This document shows positions 13,600-25,070 of a DNA stretch of 54,584 nt, one piece after another (position 1 is the first letter of the stretch; each line of letters starts with the position of its first letter). The translations under genes were made by a program, and so were the position numbers. Source of the DNA: Folioceros fuciformis (taxonomy: Eukaryota); contig JBNGIO010006281.1 in NCBI GenBank assembly GCA_049999805.1, forward strand, positions 244,210 to 298,793, written 5' to 3'. A model generated the notes under the pieces. It saw nothing but the letters and a program-made list of their open reading frames with translations, was not told the DNA's origin and did not search any database.

Positions 13600-16500
13600 A
13601 GCCAGTGTCCCTACATTGTCGATGTCGCCCTCCTTGGGACATTGTCTGCTGCTGGACAAGCACCCTTGTAATGCAAAACTTGAATCAAAAGCTCACCTTG
13701 TCCGTTGCCAATGCGTTTTCAAACCCGGTTCGCAAGTCCGCATCGTTGCATTGGCGAGGTATCAGCTTGTCAGCGGACAACTTAAGGAGGTGATGTACAT
13801 TGGACTTGCGCTGAAAGAACTTTAGCTTCATAAGACAGATTAGCATTTTCACTCTTACTTGGGCCCGAACCTTGTACTTCCATACCCAAAGGATGTAACC
13901 CACAACGGTTTTTTAGGTCTTAGAAGCATCAAGGTAGCCATTCACCCAAAGAACCGGGATGGGATCAACGTTGGGCAAGGTTTAATCAGCCCCTTCTTTG
14001 TGGACACACCATTCCTTGTCCAAGAGATCCTAATTCAGGCAAGGCAACATATATGTCTTGCAATGCCTTTTTCTCTTTCCCTATGAATGGCTTTTCCAAG
14101 TCCATTCCTAGTATAATGCCCAGCTCCTCCAGAAAGATCGTCGTCGGGTCCATCTCCAAGGCTTCCCCACCTAGAGTTTCTCATCCCCTGCTCTCGTGCC
14201 GGCCTTGGCTCCCAGAAACAAGCATAAAGCTTCCTTCCCTTGTTGACGACGTCGTCTTATGCCCAGCTTCAGTGTCTTTTGATACTCTTTTTGGTTTGGA
14301 CTTTCCCATACTGCTTTCTTGTCATAGTTGGGCCTCTTGTGCAATCCTCCTTTTCCCATAGCTCTTGGCCTCCCCTTTGGGGTCCACTCTCTTCCGCTTT
14401 TCATCTGCAGGCACCGCCTGAACGTCAACAACATTGGTGTGCTTCGCTCGAACTTGGCATGTCGACTGCGACATTTCTGGACAAAACAATAGCAACCATG
14501 ATTTAGGAAGGTAGTTTTGTATCCATATCACAATTAGGGGTATCTAAGAAGGTTCCCAAACTTGCTATTTCGGTTTCTACCCAATGAAAAAAAGAAAATC
14601 CTATAGGCCTAAACTGCCTGCTTGGTTGCTCACATAGATACCATGATATGGTCAGCCCTATACGAAATCGTCCCGAGTTGTAAGCAATCCAGCATGGACC
14701 ACGTCAAAATTTGACTGTAAGCTATCATGTGATTCTGGTACACTCTACTACGTTGCTCCTTGAAACCACAAAAAAAACCGAACTCTTACTCAGATGAGAG
14801 CGTGCCCAGCGACGATGATTATCTGAATATGCCCAGCAACAGACACTCAGCACATGTGTAGACGCCCAAGGAAGGCCAACTCTTGCAAGTTTCTTAATCG
14901 CGACCAACTCCTGCAGGTTGCTTAAACACGGTCAGGAGCACAACGGGCAGCAACAACAAGGAACCTGAAGTAGTGATGACAGGAAGTGCTCACGACAGCA
15001 GTACAACAAGCATGAGATCGGTTGAGCTGAAGGACCTCGTCGTGCGTCAAAAAAGGCCGTCAACGAGAGTGCACCCTGTCTCCTTCCTCGCTGATCCTTT
15101 GCTTTGCAACTATGCCAACCGGCCGCCGCCGACCCAATCCTCCTGCCCAATGCTAGCTTCCGCTGTAGGTCTTAAGCGTTTTGACACTACCTCCCACCCA
15201 AGCTTCCACTTGCGTTGCCCAATTCTGCCTTGCCTAATAGCCGCACCTCCCGATTCCACCCTACCGGATATGGTTAACGCTGCCTCCGCCTTGGCTTCTA
15301 CCCACTTGAGACAAGATGCCGGATTCTAGCTCTCGAAGGTCGACGTTGATGCAGGAAATTGTGGACAATGTTGATGGCAGACACCATGCCCTCAACCTCT
15401 CCATTTACAAGTCCTCTTCTGGCGCACACAACTTTTGTCTCCACGTCTTCCAACACTAGAAGACATTGAGGTTTCTGGGCTGACCTAAATAGTACTGATT
15501 TAAGACAGGATGTGATTTTTTGAGTTGAGCTAGTTCTAAATTAGGGTTAGACTAACCCTAGGTTAAATTTTCTAACTGTAGTTAGCCGAGATTAAATGCT
15601 GGTTTTTGCCTGTTGCAAACGGTGAGCCGGTATCAATTATGACACCTGTTTGATACAAATGTACTTAATTAAACAATGCTATTCAAGGAAGGTTCCATTT
15701 CAAACTAATCGCGAAAGCGGAGTGACTAATATTTCCAGCGGCTGCTTCCAAGGGCACCTACAAGATTGAAGCCATCTTCTCTGTGCCTGGTGGTGGCATG
15801 AGCTTATGCGTGAGCAACTTTAACGAAGCGCAGCCACCACTTGTGTTCAAGGTGACAAGAGCTAGTAGCGCTATGGATGGATGGTAGGACGCAACACATG
15901 AGAAGGATGCCCAAAGGATTGGGCATTGTACAGGGCTCATTGAGAAGATATGTAGTGAATACAATGCCGGAGCTTCCAGCAATCAGAAAATCTAGATCAA
16001 TGCACAATTTGGTGCATACAGCAAGACGAGAAAGTGGACAGCAATTGGGCTCCAGTGCAGAAGATGGAGAAGAACGTGACAACGAAACAACAATAAGTGA
16101 CTGATGGTGGTTGAATAGTACGAACAATTGTGCCTACAGCAATAGCCGTCTGGTGGGTTGTAACTTCCACTGCCAACTTGGCATTATAAGCCATTTGAAG
16201 CGCGCTCTGATAAATTGGGTGTGGCCACAGTTGAACTAAGCTTTGCCTGATGCAGCTCATAGAGGTCCAATGCCTCATCTGCTAGGTAGTTTGACAACTA
16301 CTCAAACATATATTGATGGTTGTATGTAGTGCCATGCTTGAATTTTACCTGACTAATGACAACATTGATGTGTAGCATGAAGTCTCGCAATGTTTGTGTC
16401 CCAGGTCTACTAGAAAACCTCTCCTGCTTGTAGGGTGCTCCTCCCTCCATGGATCCAGTATTTGACTCCTCAAAGAGGTCTGTCTGACCCTGAGCTCCTA

Positions 16501-17036
16501 CTCTAGCATTAGTAATAGAAGGACAACTAAGCACCCTGCTCTGACTTCCCAAAGGTGTTGTTGGAACAGGTGGGGCCGCCCAGTTTGCAAAAGGAGACTA
16601 GCTTCCTACCTGCGGTTGATCTTCAGCACCCGGTTCAGCTTGGTCTACTTGACCTTCCTCCTCCCAAAACGGATGTTGTCGGTGCAAAGCTCTCCTCCTC
16701 CTTGCTCGTCCTTGCACAGGTGTAACCCTGGCAGGCCTAGCGGAGACATCTCTAGATGGGCTACCGTGGGCTCCCCTCAACCTCTTTGGGTTGCATAACC
16801 CATGAGGCGGTTCACTCACAAACGCCCAATCACCAGCAAGAGGTGGCATGCAAGCACACCTATTAGAGAACCCTAGATGCCTTCCCAACACAAAAAAGAA
16901 AGCACAACCACTCTAGATCTGATTATGCTACAACATCTACAATTCCCTATGCCCTAGGATTTAGGAACATAGTACAACAAAACTCCAGCTCACTTGTGAA
17001 GATTTCAGCACACGACCTCACTCATACATGATACCA
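13600..17036 (-). mobile_element. Highly degraded LTR-retrotransposon remnants (gag-like, protease-like and RNase H-like scraps)
   Basis: PBS-like TGGTATCA preceded by TTTTCA-aga on the minus strand at 17029-17036. Gag-like YKQERFSSRPGTQTLRDF...LSNYLADEALDLYE (16250-16440), protease-like GIILGMDL (~14100-14125) and RNase H-like HHLLKLSADKLIPRQ (~13750-13800). Weak motif-level evidence only; no matching LTR pair seen. Confidence 0.45.
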
Positions 17037-18349
17037 TCTTGAAAATTGAAGCAAGTGCAGTAGGAGCAAAACCCTAACTGATGTCCGAACCTTCCAGGTG
17101 CAATCAATCCTTGAAAAGAGCTCCAAATCGCACAAAAGCATATCATTCGACTTGCCTTGTTGGGATGAACAGTTTGGTACAAGAATCAATAGAAATAGAC
17201 TTGTAATTCGGCCGCTATGAGCCCTGGTAGGCTAGAAACCCTGAACTTGTTGGGTTAGCGTTGCAGCTGGTGGCTGGCGAGACAGGGAAGATGGCGCCTT
17301 GCTGTAGGGTTGTAACCACATCCTCTAAGCCCAATCATCCTCAGATCTCACAGACATTCATTGAAATGACATGAAACCAACTCACATGCGGTTTCTTAGA
17401 CGTTGTAGCAATGCCACGATCGATGGGCTACTGTTGCTGGGTAGCTTGGAGTCGCGTAAGTCACACCGGAGCTGCCAATGTACATAGAATATCCACGAGC
17501 TTTACAACACTCTTGCCCCAAAACGGGCTGGAAATTACAAACACAAAGCAAGCGAAATCCTTGGTGCGGGGTCAGGCACTCTCCCTCGGTGCAATTTCGA
17601 CAACTGCCTTCTGCGACGCCCTTCCCAAGATTTAGCACTAGCCACCATGGTTGATGTCAAAGACGTTTTTAAGTATTAGTAGCAATTATGTCACGGTTGG
17701 GCTCACACTCTTGGTGTGAGCCCATGAGCATCCTGCAGGGCAGCTCTTGAGTGAGCTGTGCTACTTTCCATTTAATGTTTTGTTGATATTTCGGCAGCAT
17801 TTTGTTAATCTAAATCAAGAAACAAAGGCTAAAATGTTCTAGCACTTTGGTGTCGTGACAAGCATATGGACCATGAGGTGTGGTTGCGGGCTCTCTGTGC
17901 ATCGAGGTTCAAGTTGGCTTCTCCCTAACCGTCTACTGTAATGAAAGTCTATGGGTTTGTCATTCATGTGCCTAGCAAGATGGGTGGAGGGCGCCGGCAT
18001 GTCGGCGCCCTCCACCCGTCTAGATGTGTAGTATGCCATTGATTGCTGGGGGTGACAAACCAACATCTAGTCCTACTGAGGGGAACCGTAATGTGGTCTA
18101 TGCACGGTGGGGAACTGTCGGTTGCATGCGGTCTTGAGTGCCGGCAGGCCGGCACCCCGAAGTCTTTTATAGTTGAATGGTACTTACACCACTCATGTGA
18201 GTTGCAACTAACGCAACCGATAAGCCGACGCCCTAGAATGCTATGCATTGATGGCACCAGCATTTCGAGGTCTTTGCCAGCTGCTTGTTCTGTGTTTCCT
18301 TCCCGACAACATCAGCTGTGGGCTACACCAAGGGGCCGTGTTCAATTCA

Positions 18350-20130
18350 CGAACGGCATCGTGAGAAAATCATTCTGGAACTCACTATTGAAAGGTGGTC
18401 ATGAAAGGGGACTAGTGTCATGGAATACCTGCTTGGTATGCCTAAGACGATTAACTTGGGTGTGCGGAAGTGTATCAAGACACTTTTAACAAGCATCGAG
18501 TGAAACTCATGGATGAGAGGAAAAACTGAACAAGCACATGTCCAAAGGGTATACAGAGCCACACAAGTATATGTTGTTGTGCATTGATGGCATGGACCAG
18601 AAGAAGACTGCATTCCCGCACATTCTTAGATGGCCAAGGGAATTGAAGGAGGACAGCAAAATTATTGTACACGTCGTCAGGTGTATGGTGCACAACCACA
18701 AAATTCACGGCAAGGACATACCTATATTATGCCAATATACGGAACGACGCCAATTTGACTATATGCATTATTCAGGATATCATTCACACATATGAGGGTC
18801 TACTTTCACAGGTTTTATACATTCAGCTCGACAATACTTGTTGCGAGAACAAAAACCAGTTGCTATTCACTTATTTGAATATGCTCGTTGAGCTTCAAGT
18901 GTTTGTCAAAGTGAAGGGTGTATTTTTTCTTGTAGGCCATAAACATGACCAAGTAGACCAAATGTTCTTATGTTTCTCCAAGCATTTGAGGCACAAAGAG
19001 GTGAAGACACTACCACAAACTCATGTCAATTCTATAGGGCTCATATACTCCGAATCCAGAGATTAAGCACTTGGTTGAAGTTCCGGATTTTAGAGGGTTT
19101 GTATGGCTAGTGGTCCAAGGCGTAGGTCAACACATGTATAGGGCTGCGGTGAAGAAGCTCAACAATCTATTATATCAGCATCAATTTAAAATAACTCGGG
19201 AGGACAAACCTGGCAAAGGATATGTCACTGTAACTTGGAGCAAGCAATACGCCACCTCCCTTCTTTGGGAACTTGAGGAAGGACTAGAGTACCTTACGCA
19301 TGTTCCGAAGACATTCATTAAACCGACAACTCTACTATCACTGTAGCCAAAGGATAGAAAGGGGCAGGAAGGGTAGATGACTGCGAGAGAAAGTGTTCCT
19401 AAGACATGTGAAGAAAGGGTTGTTAAAACTAGCTACATACTTAACTAATGCATAAAACGTGTGGTGGCAAGACTTCTGGCAAGATCAAGAGGAAATTGCT
19501 GATATTGTGGACAACAATATAAGTTTGGTACTGACAACCCCCTAGAGAAAGCGCTTCTCCATGACCTGCCGGAGAGTCACATGTATATAGGTGCATACCA
19601 AAGTATTGGCAGACGTGAGGCTGAGATTTCACGGATGAATGGAGATGTCTCGCAGATACAGAAAGGGATGGTCATAATCACCCTACGTGAGGGTGATATT
19701 CATAATTGGGAGTTTTGGGTGGCAAAAGTTGTGAGCACACATTTCACACGTGGGGAGCCATACCTGTTGGTGCATTGGTGGCAAACAGATCATATGGATG
19801 CATATGAGGGCAAGTATGTCAGAGAGTACTTGTTGCACGGAAGGGATGCAAATTTCGAGGACACATGTGGGAAGAAGGGCAAGCCCTAGTGTGCTCCAAA
19901 TGTTCAGAAGCTGTACATCAAGAAAACCATAATTGTGTACCACAGATTCCACCTGATGTTATGCAAGCACCTATATGCAGCAGACACAAAGATTATAAAG
20001 GAGAAATTAGCCTTGCTACAAACGCACATCGAACCGGGCTCCCCTTCAAACAGGGGCACAGAAGCACTAGTGGAACAATTTCATGATATTGATGAAGAAG
20101 AACACGTACACTCCGATGACATGGGCGTTT
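18350..20130 (+). mobile_element. Sola-like DDD transposase pseudogene with a C-terminal PWWP/Tudor-like module
   Basis: Fragments in shifting frames: YMLLCIDGMDQKKTAFPH (18538 ORF); YIQLDNTCCENKNQ...FFLVGHKHDQVDQMF (18665 ORF; D..DN.xxENKN..GHxHxxxDQxF pattern); HQFKI (19071 ORF); IQKGMVII...FWVAKVV...LLVHWW...YEGKY (19581 ORF). Broken by stops and frameshifts. Confidence 0.75.
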
Positions 20131-20459
20131 AAATGGAATACACTTATAGTGCCATATTTGGCCGAAAAGCAGACCGTACAATGCCAATGTACCATCCCCG
20201 TAGGGATGCAACTCCCATACCCACCACTGGAGCTAATGGATATAAAGAGTAGCGTGATAATAGGTTGTTGAGGAACACATGCAGAGAACTTTGTGTGTGC
20301 ATCATACCCTTCTTTGGGGTTTTGAGTGGAGTATATGCATATCATGGAAAAAGACAATATCCTTTGGATTTTAGTCAGGTATCATGTGATGACTGAGATA
20401 GATGAAGAGTGCAGGCATGTATGATTTTACATGTAAACTTTATTTTTTGATACCCGACT

Positions 20460-21545
20460 ATGGCTATTGACAAAAAGGAATTCGCTAAGGCTTATGAGGT
20501 GAGTACTCGTTACTGTTGTCCCTCATCAGAACATACCTGTTCACTGAAATGTCAGAGTTGGATAACAGGACTGATGTTTAGATGTGGCATGCCGACGCCC
20601 TCCGTAGTTCTCCATTTTCTAGAGACTATGATTCACCTGACTGCACACGGTTTGGCACCCAATATCTAGAACTAAACCATACTCGTGTACTCCTTGTTTG
20701 AGAAAAAGGTGATTATTAGAATTACTTACCGATAGGAAGGATGAGTTGGGATGGGTGTTGTTTAGGCATAATTTGGCAATGAAAGACCTTTGTACCATAT
20801 TCCGATCCTTCAAAAATTATGCTGTTTTTGGCGTAAATTCGAAAAGTGCTTGAACAACCAATGGACAAGTACTTGAGTGACAAGGACAAGGATTGGTGGC
20901 AAGCATTTTGGAGGTCTCAAGAAGACATAGCACACAGAATCATCCGCGGAGACGATTGTCAATTGCGAAATCCATGGGTGTGGTACAACCGAGAAGATAT
21001 TCCTTCTCATTAGGTGGCTGAAAGACATTCTATTCCTCTAGAGCAAGAGCCTCCGGAACGGAATCAACTTGATGGCAAACATATGTACCTTGGCAACTAT
21101 AGACCTACTAGCACTGCAGACATGGAGGGAGGAAGGCTTCACGGGAATGTAGATAAAATTCAAAAAGGGGACATGATCGTTGTGCCTTCCGAGGGCGATG
21201 ACTAAAACCGGCCATTCTGGAAGCCGAAGTGGAAGAGGTTGACTTCATGTCAGCGGAGCAAACACTTCTAATACAGTGGTGGGTGACAGAGAATACCAAT
21301 GCATTTGAAGGCAGATATCTTTCAGAGGAAATATGTCCATCCAAGCAATGAGGAAACAACGCCAAACGTATGCGTCATCGCAACGCCATGACCTTAGACC
21401 GGATTTTTATTTCCAAAACGTATATATTGGCATATGGATTCTCTTTAACTTGTGACAGCACTTTAAAGGTACAGACTTCAGAGCTGATCAAGACAAAGTT
21501 ATATGAGTTGCACAAACGACGACTAACAGGATCACGTTCATGACA
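20460..21545 (+). pseudogene. Second element gene (degenerate), paralogous to the C-terminal part of the transposase
   Basis: ATG at 20460 (MAIDKKEFAKAYE) followed by a GTGAGT donor. DWWQAFW (~20891), HMYLGNYRP, LHGNVDKIQKGDMIVV, RPFW, IQWWVTENTNAFEGRY and ELIKTKLYEL align by eye with WWQDFW, MYIGAYQS, MNGDVSQIQKGMVII, EFW, VHWWQTDHMDAYEGKY and KIIKEKLALL at 19460-20020. Confidence 0.6.
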
Positions 21546-21672
21546 GTGACGGAAGCCAAGGCATTTAGCTGCACAAGGACATGCATGCGCAGAAATGCCC
21601 CGACGATGAAGCGGACGCAACAATTGAAGTAGCAAGAGCCATCGAGGACGTAGTAGGATGTANNNNNNNNNN

Positions 21673-21792
21673 GTAGATGTATTTTGATGCCTTCCACCAA
21701 ATATAGGGGTAGATGTATTCTAACCCCTTCCACTAAATATAGGCGTAGACGTATTCTGACACCTTCCACCAAATACAGGGTAGACGTATTCT
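21673..21792. repeat. 36-bp minisatellite (gtaga(t/c)gtatt.t.a..ccttccac.aaata.agg.), at least 3.3 copies, running into an N gap
   Basis: Units start at 21673, 21709, 21745 and 21780, at the right edge of the mobile island. Confidence 0.85.
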
Positions 21793-22568
21793 CAATGTCT
21801 CCATCATAGCACCACTTGAAGTTGCTAATAATATTGTAAAGAGCACTAGACATTATCTAGAGAGTTGAATTCAAGAGAAATAAAGTGCTTGAGAATATAA
21901 TAGAGTCTAAAATATAAAATAAATGATGGTATATATATATATCCTCAAATATACACAAACCTAGACTCCCAAGAACAAAAATACACAATGAAAACAGAAA
22001 TGCTGAATAAGACTTCATTGGCGAAAAGAGGGAGCCGTGAAATATAACAGGTGGAGTTTAACTAAGTCCTAAAGTTAAGAGAAAAGATTGCCTTTAACAC
22101 ATATAACAAGTCAGATCGGGACCAGGGCCCGCTACGGCTCCGTCCGGTACTTTTACGGACGGAGGCAAAACTCAATGTGAGTTGGGCTTAAGACAGTCCG
22201 CGCACGTCGCACTTCGGCTCCGTCTCGTGCCCACTATAACCGGGACTTTTACGCACGGAGGCCCAACTCAAAGCGAGTAGGCTTTGAATGACGTTCTGAA
22301 TAACGAAGTTGCAAAATAGTATAATACCATAGTGTGGAAATGAAAACTGGGTGTCGAAAAACACGAGGTAGCACGGAGTGCAGCTAGGTAGGCCTGCCTG
22401 TGGGCAACTGTCCAACGACAGTTCCTGCAATAGCTCTTGTGATGACAGTGTTTGCTGGTTACGTTGGCGGTTTAACAGGCAGAAGGTTAGAGTTACCAAG
22501 CTCCTGACTTCCTACGAATGCAGTGCGAGGAGTTTCTTTGGTGAGGCAACGTCAACAAGCCAGCTTGC

Positions 22569-25070
22569 ATGGATTCGCAGCGGATTGCTTCGAATATGCA
22601 CATGGGTTGTTGGGCGCCTACCTCCAAAGCAGGATACGACAGTTGCTTAACAACTGAATCAGTATGCAAACTGTGTCAGCAGGGGCAGGTGACTGAGGCT
22701 GTCGAGGCTCTTGGAGCTCTCGTACTCACAGAATATCGCGTTACCAAATCTCTTATTTACACTGTCCTGAAAGAAAGCGTGGCAAGGAAGGACCTTGCTC
22801 TTTCTCGCCGTGTGCATGCCATGACTGTGATGACAGGGTATGAATCGGACACGTTCCTGTGCAACCACCTACTGCGCATGTATGCTTCTCATGCCAGGTT
22901 GCAAGAAGCCATGAATGTGTTCACTGTGGTTGAGAAACCAGATGCCTTCACATGGTCTGCCGTAATCTCTGCGCATGTTCAACATGGACAGGACAAGCAG
23001 GCCGTGCAACTGTATCAACGAATGCGCAGGTCACGAGTGAAGGCAGATGGCCATGTGTTTGTCGCAGCCCTTCAGGCTTGTGCAAGAGGAGCAGACCTGG
23101 AATCTGGGCAGCAGGTGCATGCTGATGTGTTGGCTAGTGGCGTAAAACCTAGTTTGTTTGTTTGCAGCTGCCTGGTGGACATGTATGCGAAGTGTGGCAG
23201 CTTGGATGATGCTCGAGGAGTTTTTGATAGCCTTCCTTCCAAAGATGCGGTGACGTGGAATGCTATGGTGGCAGGATATTCCCAGCATGGTCGAGGTCAG
23301 GAAGCCCTTCGTCTTTATGATTGTATGCAGACGGAAGGCATCGTCGCAGCCAGTTCAGTGACGTTCGTATGTCTGTTGCAGGCATGTGCAAGTGTGGGCA
23401 TCTCGGCGTTGGAGAAGGGGAGGCAGCTGCATGCACAAATTAGACAGCGAGGGTTTCAGGCTGATGTGTTTGTGGCCAACAGCTTGGTAACTATGTATGC
23501 CAAGTGTGGCAGCCTAGAGGATGCTCGGGCCGTATTTGATGGACTGGGTCAGAAGAATGTGGTGACGTGGAATGCCATGATGGCTGGATACTCCCAGCGG
23601 GGCATGGGGCAGGAAGCCCTTCGTCTTTACAGGGCTATGCAAACAGAAAGCATCGTGGCTCTCGATTCTGTAACATTTGTGTGCCTCTTGCAGGCCTGTG
23701 CAAGTCTGGGCAGCCCAGCTTTGGAGAATGGGAGGCAGCTTCATACGCAAATTCGGAAACGAGAACTTCAGGCTGATGTGTTTGTAGCCAACAGCTTGGT
23801 GAACATGTATTCAAAATGTGGCAGCCTAGAAGATGCTCAGCGTGTGTTTGACGAACTCGGTGAAAAGAATACTGTCACATGGAGTGCCCTGATAGCAGGA
23901 TACTCCCAGCAGGGCATGGGGCAGCAAGCCCTCCGTCTGTACAGGGCCATGCAGGACGAGGGTCTTGTTACACCCAATGCTGTTACTTTTGCGTGCCTCC
24001 TCCAGGCATGTGCAAACGTGGGTGCCTCGGCTGTGGAGAGTGGGAGGGAGTTGCATGCACAAATTAGAGAACGAGAACTTGATGCGGATGTGTTCCTTGC
24101 CAGCAGTTTGGTAAACATGTATGCAAAATGCGGCAGCCTAGAGGATGCTGAAAGAGTGTTTGACGGCCTTGGTAGCAAGAATGTGGTCACGTGGAGTGCC
24201 ATGATAGCAGGATATTTGCAGCAAGGTCTGCCGCAGAAAGCCCTTGGCCTTTACAGGGTAATGCAAGAAGAAGGTGTTGTTGCACCCAACTCCGTGACAT
24301 TTTTGTGCCTTCTTCAGGCATGTGCAGGTGTGGGAGATTTGGATGTGGGGAGGCAACTCCATGCACAGATCAAACAGCAAGGGCTTCAAGGTGACGTGCT
24401 TCTTGGCGGTAGTTTGGTGAACATGTATGGAAACTGTGGTAGCATGGTCGAAGCGCAGCAAGCTTTCGAGGCCATGTCCGAGAGAGACGTTGTTGCCTGG
24501 AACGCGCTAATTTCCGGATACAGCCGTCAAGGAGAAAGTGAGGTTGTGTTTCAGTTGGTTACCAGAATGGGAGACGCTGGGATACAGCCTGACATCATCA
24601 CCTTCCTCAGTATATTAACTGTCTGCAGCCACACAGGTCTAGTAAACCAGGGGCAGGAGTACTTCGAAGCCATGAGCAGACAGTATGGCCTCAGTCCCAA
24701 GGTGGAGCACTACACATGCATGGTGGATATCCTGGGCCGTGCAGGCCGACTACATGACGCACTAATTATGGCCAGGACGATGCCTGTGGCCCCCGATGTG
24801 GCAGTTTGGCACACCCTATTAGGCGCTTGTCGGAAGTGGAGCAATGTGGAGGTCGGCCGAGTTGCCTTCGATGAGGCGGTGAAATTAGACAAGGCAGACG
24901 CTGCGGCGTATTTGTTGATGTTGAATATATATACGGGTGCCCAGATGTGGGGGCAGGCAGCAGAGTTGGAAGCAATGCGGAAAGGCAATAGGGCTCGGAA
25001 GCAGCCAGGCCGGAGCTGGTGGACAGATTCACACGGTGTGCAGCATGGTTTTTTCTCCTGGGGTTGCTGA
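22569..25070 (+). CDS. PLS-class pentatricopeptide repeat protein with E1/E2 and a truncated DYW:WW-type PG box (organellar RNA-editing factor)
   Basis: Intronless 833-aa ORF with repeated S/P/L motifs (LVNMYAKCGSLEDA, VVTWNAM.AGYSQ, SVTFVCLLQACA), S2 (HYTCMVDILGRAGRL), E1 (PDVAVWHTLLGACRKW) and E2 (AAYLLMLNIY). It ends RKQPGRSWWTDSHGVQHGF; no HxE/CxxC deaminase motifs follow. Confidence 0.95.
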   Translation: MDSQRIASNMHMGCWAPTSKAGYDSCLTTESVCKLCQQGQVTEAVEALGALVLTEYRVTKSLIYTVLKESVARKDLALSRRVHAMTVMTGYESDTFLCNHLLRMYASHARLQEAMNVFTVVEKPDAFTWSAVISAHVQHGQDKQAVQLYQRMRRSRVKADGHVFVAALQACARGADLESGQQVHADVLASGVKPSLFVCSCLVDMYAKCGSLDDARGVFDSLPSKDAVTWNAMVAGYSQHGRGQEALRLYDCMQTEGIVAASSVTFVCLLQACASVGISALEKGRQLHAQIRQRGFQADVFVANSLVTMYAKCGSLEDARAVFDGLGQKNVVTWNAMMAGYSQRGMGQEALRLYRAMQTESIVALDSVTFVCLLQACASLGSPALENGRQLHTQIRKRELQADVFVANSLVNMYSKCGSLEDAQRVFDELGEKNTVTWSALIAGYSQQGMGQQALRLYRAMQDEGLVTPNAVTFACLLQACANVGASAVESGRELHAQIRERELDADVFLASSLVNMYAKCGSLEDAERVFDGLGSKNVVTWSAMIAGYLQQGLPQKALGLYRVMQEEGVVAPNSVTFLCLLQACAGVGDLDVGRQLHAQIKQQGLQGDVLLGGSLVNMYGNCGSMVEAQQAFEAMSERDVVAWNALISGYSRQGESEVVFQLVTRMGDAGIQPDIITFLSILTVCSHTGLVNQGQEYFEAMSRQYGLSPKVEHYTCMVDILGRAGRLHDALIMARTMPVAPDVAVWHTLLGACRKWSNVEVGRVAFDEAVKLDKADAAAYLLMLNIYTGAQMWGQAAELEAMRKGNRARKQPGRSWWTDSHGVQHGFFSWGC

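Noticed and set aside
8390-22170. Possible TIR pair (tccgtccg at ~8406 versus cggacgga at ~22157)
   Set aside because: Only 8 bp match and no target-site duplication is evident, so it cannot define element ends.
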